From contig MU063048.1 in NCBI GenBank assembly GCA_013265495.1, positions 4,407,469 to 4,471,468 on the forward strand: a stretch of 64,000 nucleotides of DNA. Reading direction: 5' to 3'. How positions within the stretch are numbered: position 1 is the first letter of the stretch; each line of letters starts with the position of its first letter. The position numbers and the translations under genes were made by a program. The DNA is from Vicugna vicugna. Its lineage: Eukaryota. Below the pieces are notes generated by a model that saw only the letters and a program-made list of their open reading frames with translations, did not search any database and had not been told where the DNA came from. Of the stretch, positions 12,346 through 23,976 are shown piece by piece.

Positions 12346-13199
12346 TGCCGTCCTTACTGCTGGCCTGTGTCTTCACTTCGCGGCTCTGCACGAGCTGCAT
12401 TATTTCGTATTCAGTGCCGGGATGTCCCTTTGTTCGGATTTCCGCCCCACACGGTTAGCCGTTGAGGGCGCGCCTTCACCGAGCCTGTCCCTGCGTGTCT
12501 GACCGTGGGTTAGACTCAGACTCAGGCACTGTTTACAGGGTGGGCCCCACGTGCGGCCCTCCTCACGCTCAGAGCAGCCCAGGAGGCCCGCGACAAGGGT
12601 GCTCAGACCCTGCACTGCTGGGCGCGCTGACCGGTGGCGGAACGTGAGGTTCGGGTCACATCCTCCCTGCGGCCCCGAGGACGGCCTTCCGCTCTGCGTT
12701 CAGAAGTGCGGGCTGATCTGAGCTCTGTGGTTTTGCGTGGGCCTTCCTGGGCTCCCGCGGCGAATCCAGGCTGCGTCATTGTCATTGTTAAGTCGGTCCC
12801 TTAGAGCCATACGTTTTGTGACAAAAGCTGCTTTGATGGACAAGGATTTTGTAGACTGTGATTACTGCTACATGCTAAACGTGTAAACAGATGTGTAACT
12901 TCAGATTCTGATTTCTGGTTTAATACACAGCAAAAATCCGTATTTTAATTTAAAAATTATGTGCTTTACACAGAATCATAAGGAAACATGCATGGCTGTT
13001 TTCTGGGAACCTGAGAGCAGGTGCCACTGTGTTTCCCTTCTGTGTCTTGAGACCCCAGGTCAGTGCAGACACAGCAGCGCAGCCACAGAAGGACTGGCGC
13101 CTGGTCTGCGTACAGTGGTAGCCGAGGGAAGGACGCCTGAATTAAGGCCTTGCAGCGGGACCAGGGAGGCCCACCGCCCACCCGTCTGAGTCAAGCTCT

Positions 13200-13250
13200 G
13201 CACGTGTGTGAGTGTGTGTGAGCGTGTGTGTCTGAGTGTGCGTGTGAGTA
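13200..13250. repeat. Short imperfect (TG)n
   Basis: cacgtgtgtgagtgtgtgtgagcgtgtgtgtctgagtgtgcgtgtgag. Confidence 0.85.
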
Positions 13251-16200
13251 TCACTGCGCCTGCTGTGTGGTGAGGATCCCTGTTTCCCCTGAGCGCTCCC
13301 GGGACCTCTCTAACATCCACGCGCTGCTCTGCGAGGGTGGACCCTCTCCGCCTTCACGAGGATGAGAACGGTGGACTGAGGGTGTCGGGCTGATGTGGCG
13401 GCAGCATCTCCCTGCCCGCGCTCCTTGCGAGCCCGACCCGGCTCCCCGGTGCTGGGCTGGAGGGGACACAGGCCTGCCCCATGGGGAGCCAAGCCCCGCA
13501 GGCGGCTCTCGTCCGCATCCCCCCTGCTGGGCCCCAGCCGTTTCCTGCGCGAGGCCGGCGTGGCCCTCGCTCATGGGGACTTCACAGTTTGCCTGGGGAG
13601 CCTGGGGAGACCCTGTTTGATGTCTCGCCCGAATGACTTCAAAACAAGTCTCTTTCATCCTTTCCAGTTGCCTCTGGTGAGAACCACCGTGTCCCGGGGC
13701 CTTCGCAGCGCAGTTTCCACTGAGGCCCCCATTTCCAGAGGCGCTCACGCTGCGGCTGCCTCCGGGCCAGACCCGCAGGGCCTCACCGGCTCCGTCCGTG
13801 CCTCACTGCCGGCCTGCTCGTGTGCATTTATGGGCAGAGATGTCCCAAGAAAACGTTTTCTAGAGCAAGAATTGTGAAAGCTGCCACTCACTGGAAACCT
13901 CCTCCAGGAGCAATGCTTCCGCAGCGTGAGACGAGGCTGGAGTCCAGCCCGTCGTGAGGGCCCGTGAGCTTTCTGCATGAATGTCCCACATGTGCGCCCC
14001 CCCCCAACACCAAACAAGGTCAGATTCTGAGGTCCTGGGGGCTGACTGCAGCAACGCATCGGGGCAGGCACAAAGCAGCCACCGCCACAAGCAGACACAG
14101 CTGTAACTGTGTCTGTCAAACTCCTCATGCGACTGGGCTTGAAGGCCCCTCCTCCACCTCGGCCCGGTGTCCCCGTGCCGGGGGCCGCTGGCTGCGGCGC
14201 TGGGCAGGGGCCAGGGAGGTGCGGCGTGGCCTGACCCGTGAGTCTAGGTGAGGGGACGAAGGTTAAACAACCCAGGTCTTGATGGGAGAGGGCAGAGCCG
14301 TTCTGCAGTCCGTAGGAATCCCCCCAGGTGAGGACATGGCCCCTTGACAGGCAAGAGCTTTGTGCTGGGCCACAGCACCTGTCACCCTGGGCTCAGCTCC
14401 TTCTGCGCGGGGCGTCTTCTGCCGGCCTAAACGTTTCTCCAGAGGGCTGTCGGGATGCGGGTGAACGGGGCGGTTTTAGCAGGAAGGGTTCTTGTGGGGA
14501 AGAGCCGCAAGGCTCCCACACCTGGAGGGAGGTTTCCAGCCCGAGGCATCGAATGGTCCCCCAGAGCCGGAAATGGGATTATAGGAACGTGTCTGAAGGA
14601 AGAGTTGAGTATATATGCGTTGGACATACTCCTGAACACTAACGGTGTGAACGAAAGGCAAGCAAGAAATAAAGTGATGACAGAAATGTGCGTGACAGCA
14701 GGTCCAAGTTCTTGCGCGGCCTCGGAGCTCCTGGCCGAGCTGCCCTCTACAGAGGAGAAGGTGCGAGTCCAGACCACCCGCGGCCCCGCGGCACCACGAG
14801 CGGGCGGGCAGGAGCCAGGGCCTCCCCGTGGGCCCAGCGCTGCTTCTGGAACATCGGGGGCAGTTTTATCCTCCAGCGCGTCCCGTCTGGACAGCGCGGG
14901 GTTTGCGGCTCTCCTTGGCCGGTGCTGTGCTGGGAGCTGCAGGAAACCCAGTGGGCACCCAGCCACTGGGTCACTTCCTGTGCGCGCAGCTTCAGGGCCC
15001 TCGGATGGAGAGTCTGAGGGGCCCATTTCTCCTGCTGAGCATTTTTTTAATCCTCCTTTCGTCTGCGTCCACGAGGACAAACAGATGTAGAGGACTTTTC
15101 ACTCTGTGCTGTTGGTGAACGCTCTAGAGAATATCCACTAAAATGTTTGGGACCAACTTCACAATTTAAATTTTCTGAAGTTTCTTTCGTTTTTGTTTTG
15201 CTTACGGACGGCTTTTGTCCAAACACACGTGATCCCACGGACACTTTTTTTTTTATTTAAAAGATGTTTATTATTTGGACATTTTTATTCTTGTCTTCAG
15301 TTTTCCTTTAGCGCATTTTCTTTTTAAAACAGGGAAGGAAACAGAAGGAACAGGAAAAAAATTACCTCAACTTTCCTGCTCTCACACAGCTTTGCAGTTC
15401 TTTTAAAGACCAAAACCCCCCAGCATCCTGGGCAGGATTAACCACTCTCTTGACATCCAGGGAGAATAAAATTTCGTGGACAGATTCTTTAAGGAGCCAG
15501 AATTTCCAGTCTGTACGGGGGACTTTCCAGCGCCGGGCTCTCCTCTGTGCACTGAATAAACAGCAGATGATAAGGAAAGAAACAGTTCCTCTTTCCTGGT
15601 TGAGCGACCAAGCAACGCGAAGAAAGCGTTTCTGTTTACAGAGAAAATAAAAGAAAGCGGTGTTTTATGGACAGGGAGGGACACACCCCACTGAGGCCTC
15701 TGCAGCTTCCACGTTATCTGGGCCCCTGCTGTGCGGACGCTGGGCGTCCAGGCCCAGGCCCGCGTCCACACGGAGGGCACCCGCCCGAGGCCGGCCTGCG
15801 CCCCGCCCGGAGCCCCGGAGCTGGAGGCTAGGGGCCCGGTTGCCCGGCTCAGGGAGCTCTGCAACTGAGCGCTTGCCCTGAGCGCCGATGAAGGGCGTCT
15901 GTTACGGTCTGGACCGTCCTTGCCCGTGCAGACTGCCCGCCTGACCGTGCTTGTTCCAAAGCTGACATCTGCGTGAACAGCCGTTCCTGGGCCTCAGCTC
16001 ACCTTCCCCACCAGGAGCCCGGAGCTCCGCAGACCCGGTCAGTTTGGCTCAGGAGACGGAGCACACACGAGGTGGTGCCCAGCCGTCTCAGGTGCGCTGG
16101 GTGGACGGTTCCTCCTGGACGGGGGACAGGGCGGGACAGATTCCAAAGGCTCCTGTGTCTGAGCGCTGGGGGAGGGGCTCTTTAGAGACCCTTTCTGGTC

Positions 16201-16344
16201 CTGCCGCCATTTGCCCTTTTATACAGTGTCTCAGGCTCAGGGCCTGGGTGTGGTGAGTGGTCACGCTGCCTCCGGTCAGTGACTCCGTCTCACTTAGAAG
16301 GCCCAGCAGGTGCTGCCCGGATCACCAGCTGCAGGATGGCTGCT

Positions 16345-16525
16345 GGCGTTCGCACCCCAGCTCCACCACCCGGCTGCTGGGTGACTTGTTGCAGATTCTT
16401 AGCCTCTCTGAGCCCCAGTTTCCTAGCATGCAGGAAGGAAGTTAGTGGTACCAGCCCAGCATTACTGGGAGCCTGGGGGTTCCCGGAGCGCTGAGGGCTC
16501 ACTCGCACGAATGCTTTCCACATCT
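16345..16525 (+). mobile_element. MIR SINE
   Basis: gttcgcaccccagctccaccacc ... gggtgacttg ... cttagcctctctgagccccagtttcc matches the MIR B-box region and core. Confidence 0.8.
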
Positions 16526-18384
16526 GAGCGTGCGGCCGGTTCACCCTGAGTGGAACAGAGTCGCGGCATGGGTGTGAGAGCCGGCCCCTGGATGCTGGCC
16601 CATAGGTAGAAGGGGAGACCTGAGTTGCGTCTCTCTAGGCAACGATGAGATTTGTTTCAATTCAGGGGAAACCTGGTGCCTAAAGTCTCCGAAGGGTCGC
16701 CCTCCAAGTGCGTGTAGCACGGCCCAGCTGGGCTCTGAGAGGTTCTGGTGCACGCAGGTTTGTCAGGTGCCTGTCCCAGCTGATGTCCCTGGTGCTGGAG
16801 AGGCCACAGAGCAGACGTTTGGGGTAGGGTCCTGGGGGGCAAAGGTTGGCCGTGAGGAGGAAGCCTCCTTCCCAGCCCATCCCCCTGGCCACCCCGTCCA
16901 GGATGACAAGACCCCACGATGTGTGTTATGAAATAATGAGGTGCTAATACTGCAAAGAAGAAGAAAGACCCAGCTTCTGGGGTCTGGAGGCTCAGACAGC
17001 TCAGGGGCCCCTTGGAGGGGAGGAAGTGAGGCTGGCGTGCTGAACGTGTTCAGAGTTTTCGGATGATGCTGGTAGCCTGCCCAGGGTCACACGCTGGCTC
17101 TGGGTGTGAGGACAGAACCCCGGAGCTGGACACCCAAAGCTGCATCCTCCACCACCAAGCTGCCTTTCCCAAGTCTGTGATCGCCAGGCCCTGCCTGACT
17201 CATCCAGTTTGATTTCCTGGTCCAGCCTTGTAACGTTCGAGCCGCCGGCCCATCCCCATGCCCCCAGGTGTGATTGCACAGTCCCTCCCCTCCCACCCGA
17301 GAGCCAGGGGCCGGAGGACCTGAGCCCCCATCCGACCGCGTTCCCGCCGAATGATCTAGCTCATCCATAAGATCGAGAGTGTATCCAGCCCTGTGTGTCT
17401 CACAGCAGTTCTCCGTCCATAAGAAACATCTGGAGGCACTTGGAGGGCTGCCACCTGCTGCGCCGTTTACCTGAGCTGGTGTCCTTAGGCCTAAATCCTG
17501 CTCACCTTCGTCCCAGTCTGCGCCGCGGGCTTGCATCTGGCCGACTCTGAATCTGTCTCACAGGTCAACACGGCAGCGCTACCTGCTTCTTTTCTATAAG
17601 TTTGTTTTGTTTCTGTTATCAAATCTCTATTCTTTGCAAAGCAGATCAGACTTTCTGTTTCTGTATCCTTTACTAAACTAGCACACTTAGAAGTCTTTTT
17701 TTAAAAAACAAATTTGTGACAAGATTTTTAAACTTGTTAACCTACTCAGATTTGTGATAACTTAAAGTTTTGTTGGTTGCCTCCAACAGTCATAATTTTA
17801 TCTCGGTTAAAACTTGGCTTACGATTGTTGTCCAAATGCATTTGAACTTTAACTTATAAACTCCGTGGGCTTGCAGGTATCTCCCATCCGTAAGTTACAG
17901 GTCATTTTGGCAACTTGTCTCCTCACGAGCACAGTGCTGGGCCGTCCCTGTTTCCTCAGGCCTGAGCCTGACGGCCACGTGAGCTCTCCTCAGGCCAGAC
18001 GCACAGGGCCAGGCCCCTGGCTGTCACCGTGTTTAGACCACTGGAAGGTGTTCTGTAGGCAAAAGAAAGAAGAAATCAAACCCTGTATGACAGTCTGATG
18101 CTAAAAAATGTAGTTATTAGGAACTTATGGCCTTGGAGAAATTTTGTCCCAACACGTTATTATGAAGATCAAAAACGCGGGCAAAGTTGAATGAGTTTCG
18201 CAGTGGAGACTGGTGTCTGCGCCCCACAGGCCCCCCCACCCCCGCCCAGCAAGCCTTGCAGCGTGCCTGCCCCCACCCGCTCCTCCAGTGTGTGTCAGTG
18301 TGTCTTGTTTTCAGATACACGTCAGGAATGCCTTTGTGCCCACAGATATTAGCCTTGAGAGAGTTTGATACTTATTTACAGTTT

Positions 18385-20225
18385 TCCTTCTGCCGTAGAA
18401 TTGGCTTAGCGTGAAATGCACACCTTGGGGCCCTGTTCCCTGGGTTTTGGTGAAGGTGTCTGTGTAACCCAGACCGCTGTCAACATGCAGGACGTTCCCA
18501 TCAACCCCAAAAGTCCCATGATGCCTCTTCACCCCACCCCACATCCTCAGGGTCACTTCTCGCTGTGGGACTGTCGTACGCTTTGGGTGAAGCCTTCTTG
18601 CTTTTAGCAAAATGCTTTTGGGTTCACGTTCACTGCTTTTGGCCATTGAATAGTCCACGGCGGGGGAGCCCTGCAGTCAGCGTGCCCATCCTCCAACAGA
18701 TGGACACCGGCTGTTTCCCCTCTTGGCCATTGTAGACAGAGCCATTGTAAACACGCTTTACAGATCTTTTGTAGAAATACTCTCTCATTTTTCTTGGGCG
18801 GATGCCTACCTGGAATGAATGAATCATAGGTAGATGTATGTTTAGTGTTTAAGAAACTACAAGATCTTTTCTCAAAGCAAGTATACCACTTTATACCTTC
18901 ACTTCATTGCTTTAAATCCTCACCAGCGTTTAGCATTGTCAGTCCTTCTTCATTTTGTGCCTTTCGGTGGGTTCAAGGTGGTGTCTCAGGGTAGCTTCTC
19001 TTTGCAGCTCCCTGACAACTGGGACGCTGAACGTTTCCCACTTGTATCCCTTCTTGTCTGAAGTGCTGAAATCTCTACCTTGCTTTTCTTTCCTTTTTTT
19101 TTTATTGAGTTTTAGGAGTTCTTTATATAACTGGAATGTGTGTTTTGCAACGTTTCTCCCAGTCTGTGTCTTGTCTAATCATTTTCTTAACGGTATCTTT
19201 TCATGACCAGTGGTTTAAAATTTTGATAAAGTCAATCATTTTTAGTTTTTGGTTATTGCTTTCCATATCTTCTCTGAAAAACCTTTGCTTATTCAAAGTC
19301 ACAAAGATATCCCTATGTTCTCCTTTAAAAGCTTCAGGTTTTAGCTTTTATACTTTAGTTAATGAGCCATCTCAAGTTAATTTTTGTACGTGGGGTAAAG
19401 TAAGGTGAGAGGGGAGGTGCCAACACCACACTCTCCCGGTGAACGTAGCTTCACGATACGCCTTGGAGTCAGACGGTATAAACCTGCAGCCGTGCTCTTT
19501 GCCAGGATTGCCTTGCTTCCTCCAGGTCTTTGGGATTTCTATAGAGATTTTAGAATCACCATGTTAATGTCTATGAAAAAACCCTGCATTGACTCTGTAG
19601 CTGAATTTGGGCAGAACTGGCTTCTTAAAAGCATGGCGTTTCTCAGTCCATGAACATGGTATGCTTCTTCCTCTATTTAGGTTTTCTTGAATTTTTTTTC
19701 TCAGTAATATTTTTATAGTTTTCTTTTGTTAAATTTGCTCCTAAGTATTACATGTCTTTAGTGCTATGACATTAAAAAATTTTTTCCCAATTGTTTGTGC
19801 TAATATTAAAAATATCATTGACTTTTGCATATTAATCTTGTATCCTGAGAACTTGTAAGTTTTAGTGGTTATTTTATATATTTTATAGGATTTTCTAAAA
19901 TTATCATGTCATCTACAGAGAGACAGTTTTACGTATTCTTTTCTGGTCTTTATGTCTCTTTTCTCACCTTATTGCAATGATTAGGATTTCCAGTACAATT
20001 TTGAATAAAATGGTGAGGGCACCTGTGTCTTATTCTCCATCCTGGGGGGAAAGCAAAACACTCACTCTTCCCCTTTAGGTTTTGCTTATAAATTCCTTTA
20101 TCAGCCTGAGGATGTCCCTTCTGTACCCAGACAACTAAGAGGTTTTTTTTAAAATCATTAATGGGTGTTACATTTTGGCAAATGCTTTTTGTGCATATAT
20201 TTCAGTGACCACATACTTTCAGTGG
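18385..20225 (-). mobile_element. L1 (L1M-type) 3' UTR plus ORF2 C-terminal part, decayed
   Basis: gttcccatcaaccccaaaagtccc; aaatcctcaccagcgtttagcattgtcag; catgaacatggtatgcttcttcctctatttaggttttc; aatgggtgttacattttggcaaatgctttt are antisense L1 ORF2/3' UTR phrases. AT-rich against the flanks. Confidence 0.9.
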
Positions 20226-21529
20226 TTTTAGTTTTAGTTTGTCTGAACTTCTGGCCTTTGAAGATTCAAATCTGAATTGAAAAAAAGACTGAGATTTCAG
20301 GAAATTTCTAGGTATTTGAGTCTGAATTAAATAGGAGTAGACTGCAGAGAGTTCTTCAAAGAGGAGTTATCTGGTACTTGGTTGAATTCATGGCGTTTGA
20401 TCTGTTTGTCTTCAGTCTGAAGAGCAATGCCACCTATTTTCAGGCCCACTGTCTTTCTTCTCAAGGCCCCCGGGCGGCCGTCCTAGTCTTTGAATGGCAT
20501 TATGAGGAAGATTTTCATTCTCTAATAAACCAAGGTCCAGAATAAAACATGCCAGACTTGTCTGAAAACCATGTTAGTAACTCAAATTGCAGACCACCGC
20601 CCCCAAATTCAGTCAGCAGTGGTTGCTCTACACGTCTGGTTTCTGCCTACTTCTTCTTTGCTCACCTCTGCAATATCAGTTAATAGTATTACTATTAGTA
20701 TCTACAGCATTTTATTTCATGACAGCATTGCTGTTACTGGATTTTATAGCCTGGACCAGAAACAAAGTTTTATTTCATGACTTATTTTATGTAAGTAAGC
20801 AAGTCAGTTTGTTGATCAAGGGTGTTTCATCTCGTGATGACGGCAGAGCATTTGGGGATTAACCACATGATGGGTGTAGAATTTAATGGCTGTGACAGAT
20901 CTGAGGCATAATCTTTTCCATCTTTATGAATATATTTATATACTGTGTTTTACGTAACTGCTGAGTAGTTAATATCTCTGGATTCTTAAAAAGCCTCCCA
21001 TGTATTTCAAAGCATAAGAATTCATATATGCATACATTGTTCCTTCATTTTGGTTCTTTGATTTATTTTCGATAATAACCCACACTATAAATGCTTCAGG
21101 AGAATCTCTCTGACCAGCAGACAACGTACCAAGGGCCCACAGACCTCACTCTGCATAGCCACAGGTCAAAGCGTTTGGAATCCTTTCATTCTGTTGGAGG
21201 CTCTGACGAGGGCTTTTCTGTTTAGTAGGGGAATCTTTAGTTTCCTTTTGTCTTTCCCTGAAAAGACATGGCACCAAGAGGGTCTGTCTCCTTTCTTTAA
21301 CTGGGAGAACACTCTTTGGTGTGGGATGAAGTCTGGCGTCGGATGAGCCTCTTGGGCGCCAGGACTGAAGCGTCTTGGCTGAAGGACTGCAGGGCACCAG
21401 GATGGGATGGCCTCTCTGTGTGGACAGCCTGAGGTCAGGGCTCTGGAATGCAGTACAGGGACCAGGCCGAAACCCTGTGGCAAGGACGTCGGCGATGTGT
21501 ATGTGCACGTGCGTGTGTGACTGTCCGTG

Positions 21530-21670
21530 TTATTAGGTAACCTGTTGGTTACTTACTGCTGAGTAAACAAATCACCCCAAACGTAGGAACTGGAGGTAAC
21601 TTACTGCATCTCAGTGTCTGTGGGCTGGGAGTCCAGGGGTGCTCAGCCAGCGCTTCTAGCTCAGGTCTGT
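21530..21670 (-). mobile_element. ERVL-MaLR (MLT1-type) LTR fragment
   Basis: tattaggtaacctgttggttacttactgctgagtaaacaaatcaccccaaac ... catctcagtgtctgtgggctgggagtcc resembles the MLT LTR end (tgtattagttatctattgctgcgtaacaaattaccccaaa). Confidence 0.65.
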
Positions 21671-23891
21671 CATCACCCTGCCCTGGAGGCACCCGAGGGC
21701 TCAGCTGCGGGGGTGTCCTCTTCACGTGGCCGTGAGTGGACGTCTGTGCTCGGGCCTGCAGGCTGGGGTCGCAGTTCTTTGCCCTGAGGACGTCTCCAGA
21801 GGCGCCCGGGTATCTCCTGGATGGCAGCTGCTTCCCCCAGAGCCGGCGACTGAAGACAGAGCGGACACTGAGTGTGGACCGCCCCTGCCGTGCGGGGCCG
21901 CCCTGGCGGCTCCAGCGCAGGGGGTTCCTGCTGGAGGACCGGGCGCACTAGTCATCTTACCTAACACACAGGTGTTCCTCTGCCTCACTAGCTTTAAATA
22001 GCAGTTTCCTCCGCAGCCGCACAGCCGGCCGTAGTAAAGTTACCGTATCACAACTGGATAATTACAGGTAGAATAATAACGGCTTATTATTTTTTGGAAA
22101 AATAAATCTCCTGTGTGACTCCTCGCTCTGAGGAGATAAACAGTTACGGATTACAGACACAACCGTCCGACGGGTCCTCGAAGCGCCTGTGGGCAGGACC
22201 CGGCAGCCATTGTTGCTGGTCTCATTTAAACAGCAAGAAAAGCTGAAAGAGGAGCCGGTCGCCTGAATTTCCTGTCCGCGGGAGGGAGGAGACACGCACA
22301 CCCCGTGTCGCTGGAGGCGGGCCCGTCACAACAGCAGGGCCAGGAGGACGCCCACTTGCCAGGTGAGCAGGTTGAGGCTCAGTGCCGTGCCCCAGGGCCA
22401 TGGAGTTTGGAGGTCACGAGCAGGGCGGAGGCTCGCCTCAGGACGTCAGGCTCCAGAGCCCACCTCCTTCCCGGCACCACGGCTCCCCCAGCAGAGCCCT
22501 GGCCTGTCCTCCCGCAGCGGGGAGGGAGCGAGGCTCCATCTGTGGGGTCCGATGGTGGGTCTTCATGGTGTGATGCGGTCATGCGTTGGAAACGTGGATC
22601 AGAACTTCACGTCAGCTGTGGAATGGAAGTCCCGAGGCAACCAGGGTCCTCCTCCCCACCAGACCCCCGTCATCTGGGGCCCCCACGCTCATACCTGGAC
22701 TTGCTGGACCTTGGGGACTTGTGTAAGAAGAGGCGCGAAAGCCCAGAACTGGGGAGCAGGGGATGCTGGTGCCTCTCGTTCGACACACGCCCTAGGGTCT
22801 TCGGGACCCCCGTCCGTCCCTGACTCCCCTTAGCCCCACCTCCAGAGTGCCCGGGGCTGAAAGGACACACAACCCCAACAGGTGTGAGCCAGGGAGTGGA
22901 GGACCTTCATACCGTAGGTCCCAGACACATGCCGGGCTGAGCGCCAGGGACGTCGGGACCCCCCGCTGCTGCAGGGTTGTGCCGTTAGAGGAGCCGTAGC
23001 TTTGTGGACGTTACTGACGTCACGAGGGGTGGTGAGGGGGTCGCTACCGCGATTAGGCTTCTCCTCTTGCATAATTCCTGATGGACTTTCCATAGTATTT
23101 ATACCTTTTAAATGTGCCCTGATTTCCAGTTCATCACATACACAGTCATCTCCAAAACGGTCCTGGTGGGGATGAGAGAGAAGGGAGAGGAGGTCGCTGG
23201 GAGGTGCTGGAACAATGCGGTCGTGCTGAGCTGACACTCCCTCTGTTTTTAGAGTCTGATCAGGAAAGCATGTTAGCAGGACAACAGAAGATGGAGCAAG
23301 CAAGAACGAGGCTCAGGATTGAAATAAAATAAAACTTAGATTGAGCGCAACACGCGCAGCTGCACCTAGTGGCTATCGTGCTGAGGATAGCCAAGCACAG
23401 GGACTGGCCCTGACGGGCGCACTGTACGGAGTGGAGGTGGTGGTCCTTCCCCCCAGTGCCCATGTCAGCAGCAGACAGAGCAGCTGGCCCCTGCAGCCTC
23501 CAGGCCCCCGACCGACACCGGCCCCCTTCCACCCTGTGCGGAGATGCTACTTCCCCCCCACCCCGGCTTCTGGGCTCTCCTGCGCTCCCCCCGGCTCCCA
23601 GCTTCTCAAGCTCGTTGGACCTGCACAGCCTCCCTCTGGCCGAGGACCGTGGATGACCAGAGCTGGCAGCACTGGCAAGAAGAGGGGAGAGGAGGGGGCA
23701 CTTGGGGAGGGGGCACGGATGGGCCTGAGTGGCTGCGTCTGCTCCCACGCAGTGCAGGAGGGAGACGCGGAGCTGTGTGTGCTCAGGGGAAGGTGGGGGC
23801 ACCCAGGGAAGGTCTGTTGGCACCTGTGGGAGGGGGCATGATGCCCTCTGGGGAGTTTCCAGGAACGGGGGGCATGAGCCCACCCTCCCGC

Positions 23892-23976
23892 NNNNNNNNN
23901 NNNNNNNNNNNNNNNNNNNNNNNNNNNNNNNNNNNNNNNNNNNNNNNNNNNNNNNNNNNNNNNNNNNNNNNNNNNN
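23892..23976. other. Assembly gap (85 N)
   Basis: Run of N directly visible. Confidence 1.

Noticed and set aside
14427-15090. Overlapping 211-aa plus and 217-aa minus ORFs
   Set aside because: Low-complexity G/P/A/R/S composition typical of GC-rich non-coding frames, with no recognisable domain.
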